Source: Bispira polyomma (lineage: Eukaryota). Taken from it: a stretch of 64,000 bases of DNA. A program made the translations under genes and the position numbers. Below the pieces are notes generated by a model that saw only the letters and a program-made list of their open reading frames with translations, searched no databases and had not been told where the DNA came from. The stretch lies in the NCBI GenBank assembly GCA_965649765.1, contig OZ287755.1:54498001-54562000 (forward strand). The letters are read 5' to 3'. Shown here piece after piece: positions 1 to 12,983 of the stretch (the stretch's first letter is position 1; each line of letters starts with the position of its first letter).

Positions 1-183
1 TTTCTAAGCACTTTAGACCAACACCCTACTATATAGCTAGAGCTTGACTCACTAAGGGCCATTATAAATCCTATATAGCTCCCTCAAAAATGTATTAAGT
101 AAGCATTCAGATGCACAAAGCTGTGACAATTACCAGTATGGCATATCTGTACCAAAACATGCAAACTTGATGTTGCATGCAAA

Positions 184-405
184 TTTAAAATTTAGTTAGA
201 CTTTACGTTGTGATTAGGTCATATTGCGATGCCCAGATTCAATGGTGGACGAAACCAGTGCTGAAACCACAGACTGTAAACCTCCGACCTATGGCAAATA
301 CCTGACAAACTTTCCCACATGAAGGAATGAATGGGATTCGTACCCACATTGGTCAGAGGCCAGTGATTGTAAAGCAAGCTCTTCTAACCACTAGGCCACT
401 GCAGC
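184..405 (-). mobile_element. tRNA-derived SINE, family A copy
   Basis: The minus strand begins gctgcagTGGCCTAGTGGttag (A box) and has a degenerate B box (ggattcgtaccc on plus). The body aligns by eye with copies at 535, 2873, 10374 and 17474. Confidence 0.75.
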
Positions 406-534
406 ACAAAACTACATGTATACAGCTGGAGCCTGACCAACTAAGGGCTGCTGTTAATCCCTGAAAAAAGCATCCAGATGTATGTGACTGTAGCATACTA
501 GTATAAGGCATACCAGTACCAAAAGGTGTAAACT

Positions 535-710
535 AGACGGCCAGTTTTAATGGTGGAAGAAACCAGTGCTGAAGCACTATAAACTACCAACCTACAGCAA
601 GTACTCTCACAAACTTTTCCACATGACGGAACCAATAGGATTCAAACCCACATCGGTGAGAGGCCAGTGATTGCAAAGCAAGCTCTTCTGACCACTAGGC
701 CACTGCAGCA
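535..710 (-). mobile_element. tRNA-derived SINE, family A copy (3' end missing)
   Basis: Contains ggattcaaaccc...accactaggccactgcagc and the same body as the 184-405 copy. Confidence 0.75.
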
Positions 711-2872
711 CGAGTTTGAGTGGCTCGGGTGGGTCAGTGTCCATTCTAGGAATTTTAAAATGTGGGGGACAATCTCCCACTGTCACTGAAAAAGTAGGGC
801 ATTGTAATTTTAAATGGGGGACAAAAATTTAGCACTTTAGCCAATATTTAGCCATCAAATTAAAATAGCTTGTATTCCAAAAAAGTACATTGAAAATAGA
901 CAACACCATATATGCTGTCTGATATATGCATCTGAAGTGCAATACAAATAACGAAAACTTCCCTTTTATGGTTGCTAGGGTTTCAATAAATTATACACTG
1001 TATTTATTATGCCATGCTGGCTAAAGTGGGAACAAATCTTGCACTCGCTAGGTGGCACTTGCGATTTGCTGGAAAAAAACTATAGCTGTTGATTGGTTGT
1101 CACAGGACAACTCCTCGATTTTGAACCAATGAAAATGTAGCAGGCAAACAATGACTGTAGTTTAATATTTTAGAAGCTGCGCAAAGTGAGACATTAGGTA
1201 CTTTTGTTTACAAAATGGAAGAATTTGCGATTAGAGAAAATGTTATAAAATAAAGCCGATTTTAGGTATTTTATTGTTCTAAAACATTGCACAACACATG
1301 GACTTTGAACCCTGCATATCGCTCCCGCATTGAAACAATGAAAATGTGTTTTACTTTTTTTTATTTGGGTAGTGGTAGCCGCATACCATAACTCCTCTTG
1401 CGTTTTGCAATAAAAATTTAGGCGATCCCGCACAATACGCACCCTAGAATGAACACTGTAGATCACAGAACTTAGGATGTTTGCTGTGATGAACTCGCAC
1501 GTAACTTATGACGTTGCCTATGACATATCGTCATAGTTAAATAGTCAAAGATGACGATTTTTGCAAAGAAAGATGCTTACACCTGCGCAATATAAAGTCT
1601 AATATTTGTAAATAAAATTATGTCAGATTAAACCATCAGAACTATAAATAGCAGCCTAATGACGTCTGTAATGCCTTAAACACACTTGCGTATTAACATT
1701 AAAAACTATATCTTATCTGACGCACGTTCCCCACCCATATATCTGCCTGTCTGCAGTCATTAGACTATCGTACATTAATGAAGGTCAAAACAAAGTAAAA
1801 AAACAAACATTTTCACCTGTAGGGAGATTCATTAACCAGCTTTACAATGACGGGGATTTTAATATACCTTTTTTACAGAGAATACATTGTATTTTTATGC
1901 GAGTGATAATCCAATATTTTTGAAGAATTAAAAAAAAAAGATAGTAACTCAAGTCACTGTAAAAATGGACCCATTCGGCGAGCCCCAATCACTCATTCAC
2001 TACCCTTTAAATGGCCATGAACTAGGTTAGCTTGTTTGCAATAAGTCATAAACACAATTCTTTCTAAAGCATCTTTTCAGTTGTTTATTTAGGTGTTTTT
2101 TTTCGGTAGAGCATTTTATATTTTCTGTTCTTTTTTTTGTTGGTTCCTTTTTTCGTCTACTTTAAATGGATGCAGTTACACGACTAGCCCATTAAGGGAC
2201 AATGTTGTGGATGTCTTTAACTTGACATGTAAAAGATAACCAAGATAGCGTTACTTTAAGCATTTATCAGAAGCCTTCTAAAAGGGTACACACAACCTTA
2301 CTATTGGTCATTTGTTTAAAAAAAAATTACCACTTCATTAACATTTGATGTCATCCATCATGCAACTTACTATAATAGGTAAACTATAATGCAATTGTCC
2401 ATTAATATGCACTTTGTTGTTGCTTAAAGTTATCTTTTTATGACTGCATAAATGTGAGTGGAATCAGTCTCAATTTACCAGGACAATTTATCTGTACTGA
2501 GAGTTTTATCTAAACATTGACTCAAAATTGATTTTTACCTATAAATTAATTTGTTTCCATACATTAATGTATGGTTGTTAGTAATCACCAAATATAGTGG
2601 TAAAATAGAACACTGCGAGTTACAATAAATACTGCCCTGGATTTTGTAAAGTAACTATAAAATTCTCAATTTAAGGTTTCGTTTCATATTATTTGAATAA
2701 TTAAAGTTTAATAATAGATTTCATTTATTTGTTAATGAATTGACTTACACCAACGAATGCCTAGAAGTTTTTTGAATCGTCTGCTCACTATTACTGCACA
2801 AAGGTATTGGAATTGTTAGTTATCCAGCACCAGTTACTGCCATTCCCTTTACTGAATAGAGAGGCTTGAATT

Positions 2873-3258
2873 TAAATTTAATTTGAATTTTAGTTGAGTT
2901 TTACGTCGCTTTAAGTTTTTCACAGGTTAGGTCATATCACGACAGCCAAATTTAATGATGAAAAAAACCCAGAGCTGAAGCCACTGTAAACCATCGACGT
3001 ACAGCAAGTACTAAACTAAAGGGCTTTATACACCACCGACTACACGACACTACACTACACGACAGGGGTGCTGCGGCACGTCACGTCAGTGCTATTCACA
3101 TCAAACATGACACATTACTACATATAGTAGTGTTGTGTCATCGGCAGCCTGTGAAGCCCTTAACTTTTACCATATAAAGGGATGAATGGGATTCAAAACG
3201 GCATTGGTTAGAGGCCATTGACTGTGAAGCAGGCGCTTCTACCCACTGGGCCACTAAG
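2873..3258 (-). mobile_element. SINE family A copy interrupted by a MITE
   Basis: Tail/body at 2873-3016 and head at 3164-3258 (ggattcaaaac...cccactgggccact) match family A. Confidence 0.7.
3020..3160. mobile_element. PIF/Harbinger-like MITE
   Basis: Imperfect terminal inverted repeats agggcttta...tgaagccct, flanked by a TAA duplication (3017-3019, 3161-3163). A related element lies near 51968-52336. Confidence 0.65.
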
Positions 3259-3475
3259 CCTTGAGGTTGACCGTGACTGGTTATCTGGGTGACTAACAAC
3301 AAACAAACAAACCAATGAACATGGATGAATAACATAACCTCCTTGGCAGAGGTAATTATTGATCTTTTAACTAAAAATTTTCTATAATCTATCCCTGAAA
3401 TTGACTTTATACCCCCGTTTAATTTAATGGTAGCTTTGCCTTGTTTCTTCCCATGAGTATCTGAATAAGTGAGCA

Positions 3476-3635
3476 TTTCCATGCAGACAATTTTCTGAAG
3501 CGATCAGCCGACGGTAATTCTATTAGTTTCATTGAATTGTAACCAATTGTTTCCATGTGAGCAACGCCAAGCAATGCAAGGCCATTTTTTTAGCTCCTGG
3601 TAGCGAAAAAAATCGGCAAGCATCGCATGTTCCAT
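3476..3635. repeat. Dispersed repeat, second copy at about 44043-44250
   Basis: Both copies share tttccatg..caattttctga..atcagccga..tgtttccatgtgagcaa. Confidence 0.6.
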
Positions 3636-5336
3636 AAAAAACATTGTCGATTCTTTACTGAAACTAAAAATTTGGTGAGAAAGCTTATTTTATACGGTTT
3701 ATTGTGCTTTTTGTTGAATGAAAATCGGTTGAGAAATGGCTGAAATATTTAACTTAAAATATGGGTATCCATATTTTTTTAATGGAATTGCCATTGCCCG
3801 TCAGCTGGTCGCCTTAAAAAATTGCATCGATGTAAACACTCACTCCAAGTACTTTACAATTGATTGAACACGATAAGCCTGAAATATAGAAAGTTAATAG
3901 CAGTAATATAACAATGTTTCTGAGCTTCTTTTACACCTCCTACATGCATCATTCAGATTATAATCCACTTAATACACAAGCCCACAAACCTCCATTTATA
4001 ACCATAAAATGCTTTTTTTTATAAGGCTCAGCCTGACATTATTTTCACTTTGTAAAGGGTGCCGCCATGCTGGATATATGATGAAAGGCCCTCATGGAAG
4101 CAATTGGCCTGGCCAAACTAAGGGGTGCCAGATTGATATTTGTAGGGGTGCCAATCGGACCTGAGTGAAAACTTTTGTAGTGTGTGCTAGCCACAATGGT
4201 TTTTTTTTTAAATCAACTCTTGTGCATCTTAAGTAAGAATACCTTTATTTCCCTAGCTGGCAAAATATGAGGCTGCGTAGCTTCACAAGCTGGCTTTAAC
4301 GGGTAGTTGTTTTAAGCCCCAGAAAATGAACCACTTGTGAGTATTTTTCTGCAGCAATCTAAAGGCCAAATCACCAGCCTCTTTATGAGGACATTATAAA
4401 ATGTCACCCGTTTTTATGATCCCATATATAACAAATTCTCAAGTATTTTGGCTGCCTTTTATTATTTCTAGAGGCAATGATACAGTCTAGACGCAGTGCC
4501 CTATTACATGTATTTGTCCTTTTTTTGCATTATTTTCTATCTTAAACATTTTGCTAAATAAATAGTGGAACCTCCAAACACGTTTGGGGAGAAAGGTTTT
4601 GTTTGGAATTTTGAAAATATTAATAAAATCACAGAGGGCATTCTAGTATGAAACAATAGCAAAACATAACTTTTAGACAGTAACAATGAGAAATATTCAG
4701 ATAACTGAAGTTCAGATGTTCCACAATTAAACTGACATCTAATTTATTTGATACACTCTCACACACTACAGTTAAATGTACATGTATCGATGATACTAAG
4801 TTTTTGAGTTAAACTTTCAGAAATTTCAGTGCCCTATGTTTCCTTCAGGAGACTTAACACAGTAAAATTTGCATGTGCGACCATTCTTAAAGGACTACTA
4901 CCTAGAAAACTCACCATGATTTTGCAATAAAAGTGACCTTACAAGCCTCACTACTTACTACTGGTGAGTTCTATTAGACAACTAATGTAACGCACTCACA
5001 TGACCCTTAGTTTACCTGTAAAGATGCAACCACTGAAGTATATTTAGTCAGTCGCAATCGAATATAAACAAATAAAAGCGATCCCTGGTGTTTGAAAGCA
5101 CGTTTTATGAGTGGAAAAGAAAGAGACTGTAGAATTTGACACAGCACATAATAGACTATATATCAATGAATCTCCTTGCTGATCCACAGAAACTTATTTG
5201 AGTATGTCGTAAACTTGCAAATAAGCTTACTTTAAAGCATTTTTTGACACAAACGATGGTAAGGAATAGGAATCCTTTTCAAAATGCAAGATATTAGATG
5301 TAGTAAAATAGATTAGAACTAGAAAACGGTTTTTGA

Positions 5337-7460
5337 TAACAAAAACGAAGCGTCCCTAAAGTTAAAATAATAATGAAATTGTTTAGTGTACATTTTTGAT
5401 ATTGTTTAAAAGTTGACATACAAGCAGAATCAGCACTTTTGGTCAAATATAAGCTCGAAATCGCTCTATTTCCACCATTTCCGAGATAACAGACATTTTC
5501 GAAAAAGAGGCAGAAATTGAAGATGGTTGCCCAAATCAAAAATTACTTCAAAAGTTTACAAAAAGCAAAATCAACCCTGTGGGTCAAAAATGAGCTTGAA
5601 ATTGCTCTATCTAGCACTGTTTCTGAGATAAAGGACATTTTCGAAGAAGACGCAGAAATTCAAGATGGCCGCCGAAATTGAACATTCTTGTAAAGTTTAC
5701 ATAGAAGCCAAATCAACCCTTTGGGTCGAAAATAAGCTCGAAATCGCTCTATCTAGCACCGTTTCCGAGATAACGGACATTTTTGAAAAAGACGCAGAAA
5801 TTCAAAATGGCTGCCAAAATTGAAAATTTTTTGAAAGTTTACATATAAGCAAAATCAACCCTATAGATCGAAAATGAGCTCGAAATCGCTCTATCTAGCA
5901 TCGTTTCCGAGATAACGGACATTTTCAAAAAAGACGCAGAAATTTAAGATGGTTGCCCAAATTGAAAATTTTTTGAAAGTTTACATATAAGTAAAATCAA
6001 CCCTGGGTTCGAAAATGAGCTTGAAATTGCTCTATCTAGCACCGTTTCCGAGATATTGGACATTCCCTGTGGGTCGAAAACAAGCTTGAAATCGCTCTAT
6101 CTAGCACCGTTTCCGAGATAACGGACATTTTCGAAAAAGGCGCAGAAATTCAAGATGGCCGCCAAAATTGAAAATTTTTTGAAAGTTTGCATATAAGCAA
6201 AACCAACCCTGTGGTTCGAAAATGAGCTTGAAATCGCTCTATCTAGCACCGTTTCCGAGATAACAGACATTTTCGAAAAAGACGCAGAAATTCAAGATGG
6301 CCGCCAAAATTGAAAATTTTTTTGAAAGTTTACATGAGTAAAATCAACCCTGTGATTCGAAAATGAGCTCGAAATCGCTCTATCTAGCACCGTTTCCGAG
6401 ATATTGGACATTTTCGAAAAAGACACAGAAATTCAAGATGGCCGCCAAAATTCAAAATTTCGTGAAAGTTCACATATAAACAAAATCAACCCTGTGGGTC
6501 AAAAATGAGCTCGAAATCGCTCTATCTAGCACCGTTTCAGAGATAATGGACGCTTTAAAAAAAAACCTTTTTAAAGTTTTTGAAATTGAAATCGTTTTAT
6601 CTCAGTAAAGATCGCATATTTTTGGATGGGGTAAAAAATAAATAAAAATTCAGGCTATTCTTTAAAAGTTACGCGCTGCATGTACTGGTCTAAAATTAAA
6701 AATAAAAAAAATCCTCACGCTCAAAAAAACACCCATCAACACATTTTTTTCCCCATTTTGTATGATTGATCGACCCTGTCAATCAGTCAATTATCACCAG
6801 ATTGATCTAAAAATTTACGGACATCTATGCTTTGGTATTTGCAACGTGCATGCCAAATTTCATTAAACTATGACATGTACTTTAAAAGAAAAGTTGATAA
6901 AAGTGCAAGATAGAGCAAAATAGAGCAAACTACTCATTTGAAGTACTCAGTACTCATTGAGTACTGGACTTAGAACTGTGAGATTTTTACATCAGACATA
7001 AAATCAAAAGGTAGATGAATAACTTATACCAAGAAAAAGCCGAAATCCCAATAGTTTCTGAGATAGCAAAAAAGTACCGATTTTTCACATTTCAATAAAA
7101 ATCAATCGGTTGGCAATCGGTCAATTATCATCCGATTAATCTCATCAGCGTCTCCCGTGCTGAAAATTGCCTTACCAAGGTACATACCAAATTTCATTGA
7201 GCTATGATGAATACTTTCTGAGAAAACCTAGTGACAAGCACTTTTACACCCCCAGGGTCACCTGGCATTTAAGTAGGCCAAAGTTCAAAGCCAAGAATAT
7301 CAAAAAAATTTCCCACTCCTGGTTAAGGGAACTGCCAAAAAATATTTTGATGCAGATAATATTGAAGGAGATATTCAAGGAAGACCATGCGGCAGCGGCG
7401 GCAGTGGCGAGGAAACCAGGGGTGAAACCAAATAAGCGCCCTTTTCAAGGGACGCTTAAT
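5337..7460 (+). mobile_element. Helentron/HINE (DINE-1-like) non-autonomous element carrying a satellite array
   Basis: 5' subterminal aagcgtccct (5348-5357) is the reverse complement of 3' agggacgctt (7448-7457), which is part of a terminal hairpin (7434-7457). There is an internal tandem array and a GGC-rich microsatellite near 7390. Confidence 0.6.
5440..6552. repeat. Tandem array, unit about 141-142 bp, about 8 copies plus one truncated unit
   Basis: gaaa(t/c)gctctatctagcac-type marker recurs at about 5457, 5598, 5740, 5882, 6023, 6088, 6230, 6371 and 6513. Confidence 0.95.
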
Positions 7461-7764
7461 TATCATACTCAGCATTAAATTTATACATTAGTGGTGTCTA
7501 CAACAGTGATGCACTTGAAATCCGCGATCATTTATCTAATTTTTTTCAAATTATTTTTCCTGGTATAAAATTTATAAATGTTACTTGAATACTAAACTAA
7601 TATATATGGTAAAATCGAAGCATTTCTCCTCTTTGAAATTGCATCCATATGAATCTTTCAAAAGACAAGAACTCAAAAAAACAAACAATGAATATAAAAA
7701 TATTATCAACCTTAAGTTAAGCTAGACTTGTACTAAAGTAAACAGGTACTTGATACTACAAGAA

Positions 7765-7853
7765 AATACTTGATACTTGATACAGATACTTGATACAATA
7801 CAGATACTTGATACAATACAGATACTTGATACAATACAGATACTTGATACAAG
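7765..7853. repeat. 18-bp minisatellite (gatacttgatacaataca)n
   Basis: About 4 direct copies visible. Confidence 0.85.
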
Positions 7854-9857
7854 AAAAGCAATAAAGCATTCTTCTCTTGATCAGGCATGCATAACAGTTA
7901 AATATAAATCACATCAAAATGGAGAATGAAATGTCCACTGGGAATTAAAGCAAGACTAGAAATGTGTCCCCAGTGACCCTACAGATGCATAATATAAATG
8001 ACCTACTCCAACATTACAGGCACGGCAAAAGAAAGTGTTGTTTGTTATTCATGAACAGGACGGACAAACCGAAAGCAACATGCTTCCTCTAAAATAAATT
8101 CAGGCTCGGGAGGGGCTTAAAAATTGAACTTGGAAACACGAGTCTGCCGTGTTTTCTTGGCAAATGTCCTTGTACATTCAAACATAATACCCAGAGTCAA
8201 GTCACATGCCAATTATAGTGAAGTAATAAGAGGTAATATCTTTTACTGAGCAAAATGTCACCAAAATAAGATAGAAATGACAGATAGCACAGAATAGGAG
8301 TCACATTATCGGAAGAACAGAGTCTACTTGGTAGCTTTACAGTTTAGTTCTGAACCCTTGCAGCCTGAGCACAAGATATACTGGATTATCAATAATCCAA
8401 TCTACTATATAATGATGAATGATAAACCTAAAACAAAGGTATGGATCTATTAGGAACTTATAAAACAAACAATAACACAGATGAAACAGGATCCTGCAAA
8501 AGCATAAATGCATAAAGTCAAAAGACTTGAGTATAGTTATTTCAAAACTGCTTTCTTTTAACTTAAACCACCAGATCTTAAGTCAAAGAGATGCTGTGGT
8601 GTACGTTTCCTGATCAAAAAAAAAATATGTGAAAAAAATGTTGACGGATGAGTTGTGAGTAGGAGCAGGGGTAGTAGATTACTGGAGGGGGGAGGGGAGA
8701 GGGGGTCAGAGGCACATACATCACATTTAGCCCTGGAGAAAAAAGAAGTCTACAAGAATATACTGGCACCAAAGGACAGACAGACAAACATCTGAAATAT
8801 GAAACAGGGGGACAATATATGCTCAGATAAATACTTTATCTTAGAATGGAAGCTTTTCGAAAATTTTGTCAGCCAACCATTTTTTACTAAAACATACACA
8901 TATCTGAAATATGAAACATTCTCTCAGAATGGAAGCTTTTTAAAAATTTGACTTATGTCAGCCTATCATTTTCACTGAAACACTTATTGTTTTCATTTAT
9001 CAGCCAGTTTTACATTTTAAAATTAAGAATATTTGTCAATACCAAAAAAACTGTTCTGGTGGTTTTAAATATAATCTTTACCGCCAGCTTCGAAAATATA
9101 AGATTTGACTTTTAAACTTTATACTCTCAAAGAATACAGTTATTATCTACTGCAATTTTTGTACTGCCAAATCTTGTATTGGTAGGAATTACAATTAGAA
9201 TGTTGTTCGAGCATGACACAAAAGCAGCAATCAGCATATTTATGTTTAAATGAATAAAATAATTCATGCATATGATCACCATATCATAACTTTTGACATT
9301 TAAAAGAGCGAGCTGATCACATAGATAACACCCTACTTATGCAGGGATAGGATGCTGCCATATAATTCATCAAAAGACTTCCACTTAATGGACAACTTGA
9401 TATACAAAGATAAATTTGAAAATTTGGGACACTGTTACTTGTCCTGCATTTCAGAATATTGAGACTAATACAGAGATGCTATGTTATACAAAAACAGGGA
9501 TATTGAGATTGCTCTTGAGACACTGTGCTAGTTTAATTCATCTGAGACACCGCAATATCTCAATTCAGAGATGTTGATACTGATTCTGAGACACTGTAAT
9601 GGTAACCATTCCATTCAGGGACACTGAGACTGATTCTGAGTATCACCTCATCACATACTTATTACACTTTGGGCTTACGGTCCTACTTGACAACCATATT
9701 CCATCAGTACACGTGTACATACAAGTTTCTCTGTTGTCAATTCATCCTCATATACTGTGATATCTAAATTGATGGATACTTACTGCTCCTGAAACATTCT
9801 GATATCCTGATTCAGGGATACTTGAGAACAATATTCCATCAGTACATGTGTACGTAC

Positions 9858-9974
9858 CAGTTTTTCTGTGGTAACCACGGCAGCAAGTAGACATTCTACT
9901 TCCTTCTTAAGTGCCTGGTTACTGTCTTCTAGACTTTTGATCTTTTCTACTTCTTGCTCAGTATTTTGATTCAA
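9858..9974 (-). CDS. RIMBP2: RIMS-binding protein coiled-coil exon (LNQNTEQEVEKIKSLEDSNQALKKEVECLLAAVVTTEKL)
   Basis: Acceptor ttctgttccAG, donor CTG|GTacgt, 117 nt, phase 0-0, heptad-like sequence. Same strand as, and frame-compatible with, the upstream exons. Confidence 0.75.
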
Positions 9975-10373
9975 CTGGAACAGAATAGAACACAGTGTGT
10001 AATAAACTAAGCAGTTATGATAAATCATGGCAACAGTTTAGGCAATTTTCAAAAAGGTTCAACTGAGCATTTCCAATGAAAGGTTTGCTAACAAACTAAC
10101 AGAGATAATATTCACAATTTAACATCATTAATAATGAATGCCACAGTATTTAATGAAGTTGTACTGTAATCGCAAAGGAAACTGTTTCATGTATAAGGAT
10201 TAAAACCACTCTAGTCTTCAAGAAAACAACTAACATCAAGATTAAAACGGTTATCACTTAAAATTTTAATGATTGTTTTACTTGTTCAAATCATATTGAT
10301 CATCTTCATTTTAAAAAAATGTAGTCAAATTCAATATGCTGTTGTACCCACCACAAGACTGCACTCCTTGTAT

Positions 10374-10569
10374 TTGAATTTAGTTCACAACGGTCAGATT
10401 TAAGGGTGAAAGAAACCAGTGCTTAAGCCACTGTAAACCACCAACCTACAGCAAGTACTTAACAAGCTTTTCAACATGAAAGAACGGATGGGACAGATTC
10501 AAACCCACATTGGTGAGAGGGTAGCGATTGTGAAGCGATCACATTTAACCACTAGGTCACCGTGGCAAC
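10374..10569 (-). mobile_element. SINE family A copy
   Basis: Contains gaaaccagtgct..aaaccaccaacctacagcaagtac..ttcaaacccacattggtgagagg..aaccactagg. Confidence 0.7.
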
Positions 10570-11687
10570 CCCCGGACTGTTTGGACACCCATATTTTCTG
10601 TTAATTCTTTTATTAATATAAGAAGATATATATATATAGACAACTGACATCAATTTTAGTTTCATTTTAAAAGATGTCACTTGTCTTTTCACATGTCAAA
10701 TGAAATTAAGAAACCACAGGATGGCAAACATTCTTTTTTTGTTATCTAATCCCTGGTATAAATGTTAGCACGTAACTGACACACACATACCCTTAACCGA
10801 CTTAACCTTTATGTCACATTTACAATCATTTAGTGAAAGAAAATACTTACACAGAACTGTAAAACTAATATCAATAGAAGAACAGCATAAATTTTTGCTT
10901 GAAATTAATTTCAGGTACTTTTCGCTTTCGGCTGAAAGAGCGAATAACAACTTCCTAATGAAACAGTAGAACTTGTACTTACCTTCATGCAAAAGAAAAG
11001 TGGCCGACAGTGAAACTAAATTCCAGTAAAGTCATGAGAAAATTGTAAATTTAGTGAAATTTTATTACAGCTAGCTATAATTTTTGCTTCTATAGTAGCA
11101 AGCAAAACGGGCCACCTACCCACAGCCAGAAGGTCTGCAGCTTCCCATCCATGGATACAGAGGTCATTTAGTGCAAAACAACCTGCATCAACAGGACTAT
11201 CCAAGAACAATGTAACACTTTAAACGGTTCCCCCTTGGGATGGGATGTTTGCGTGTAACATTCTCCATGTATCCATTGTCAAATTGTATAAAGCAAGCAA
11301 AACAAATATTGTAAGGCATCGGCAAAACACTTACTATTTCCGTCCAATCTTACTGCTGCCTTAATGCAATACCGAATGATCATTTTCTGTGTATTTTTCT
11401 CTCTAGATGTGAAAACAACACTTGAAGAACTTCACCAGTTGAATATCTCTATACACATATTACTTAACTTTGATGAAATTTAAGTTCCTAACCAGTATCT
11501 ACACTATTAAATCATGTTATGTTAAGTATATCTGATAAAAAAAATATTTTAGTCCACAAATACGGAATATTTTTGTGTATCCAAATGTCACCTAGTATAA
11601 ACTGAATCCATTTGTTTGCGGTAACACATATAAACAAGTGTTAACGTGTCAACCATTTTGTAATTTTTTAGTATATCTGGCATTTAC

Positions 11688-11738
11688 CTGTCTTATAATT
11701 ATCCCAATATCTAACTCAATGGACTCCATGTCACTCAT
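11688..11738 (-). CDS. Candidate short alternative first coding exon (MSDMESIELDIGIIIRQ)
   Basis: ATG-initiated 17 codons ending CAG|GTAAAT in phase 0, compatible with the exon at 9974. Could be chance. Confidence 0.3.
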
Positions 11739-12763
11739 TCCAATGTGTTTAATTCTCCAACTGCTGTATACTCAAATAGCATTTCTATTTTTATGTACCG
11801 TTTATCCACACTAAATCTTGCTATTTCCCTGTTGTTTGAATTATACGGCTGCTCTGTAGTGTGATGACTGCTTAAAAATAAACATATTGTACCAGACATA
11901 ATAGTTGATTAAATCATTGCGACAAATTACAACCTAAATTTCAATGGATATTTGCTAATTAACTGCATACCTTCATTTAATATAATTACAGATAACACTA
12001 AACTGCTTCTATCTATCTAAAACTGCTTTATCTGAACTTATGTTATCTGATATTATTGACTCATTGCTACTCTCAAAGTTTATGTTTTGCTACTGTTTCA
12101 TACCAGAAATGTCTCTACTATGTTATCAATTTTCTATTATCCAAACAAAATTTTGCTCTCCCAACAAGTTCGGATAATAGAATATCTACTGTACTTCTTT
12201 TTAGTTCTATATTTTTCTGTACATTAAGACAAAATCTGAATATCCTTAACATATCTACTTCACAAAAATCTCAAGAAAAAAAATTCGACCCTTAGATCCC
12301 AATGCTTGATTTTACATCTCCATATATGTTTACTTTTTTTGTTCACTTGATATTTTTGGAAAATTTAAAACAACAAGTTTTCATCATAAATTTGGTAATA
12401 TATAACAATTATTACCACAGTATGTCTATATAAGTCTACCATCCATCATTTATAACACATAAATATGAACATTATTCATTTGTTCGATAATTGATGTCAC
12501 TACCCTTGCTAATCCCTCACCATTTATCATTTCAGTGCCATAAAGCTCAGTTATTCTACATTGCATTTCTCTTACAGTAAGCCATCTAAAATGTGCCATC
12601 GTATCATACAATAAACAGTTCACATGACAGGTAAAAATAACCAATCTTAAATCATGCACTACTTAAAAGGAGCTTAATGTATTGCATTATGTATTTTTAA
12701 CATGCTTTATTGCTGCGAGACATCTTCCAAAGCGCAACAACCGAATTGATCAACCCGCTGAAT

Positions 12764-12983
12764 CTGATATTTGCCACCTAGAAAATGTTGTGCTTTTGGT
12801 AGAATTGTGGGTAATATTTGCTTATATTGAGATTTTTGTAAACATTTTGCCTTACTTACTTACTTAACACCTAAATTCCAAGTTAATTTTCCCCCCAGTA
12901 TTTATTAATTTGTCTTAAATTTTATAAATTTTAGGGGGTGGTAAATTTCAGATACAGTGGCGAATTTTAGATTCCTTACTCTA
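12764..12983. mobile_element. MITE family gagtaaggaatctaaaatt (partial, inverted copy)
   Basis: Reverse complement of the 15589-15818 copy. Confidence 0.65.

Noticed and set aside
5440-6552. CRISPR-like array
   Set aside because: Whole units repeat with no unique spacers, the context is eukaryotic, and no cas genes are present.
7167-7478. 103-aa ORF with an alanine run
   Set aside because: It lies in the HINE 3' end; the Ala run is the microsatellite.
1-9857. Downstream RIM-BP SH3/FN3 exons
   Set aside because: No convincing exon found by eye; they are probably beyond the window edge, though small exons could have been missed.
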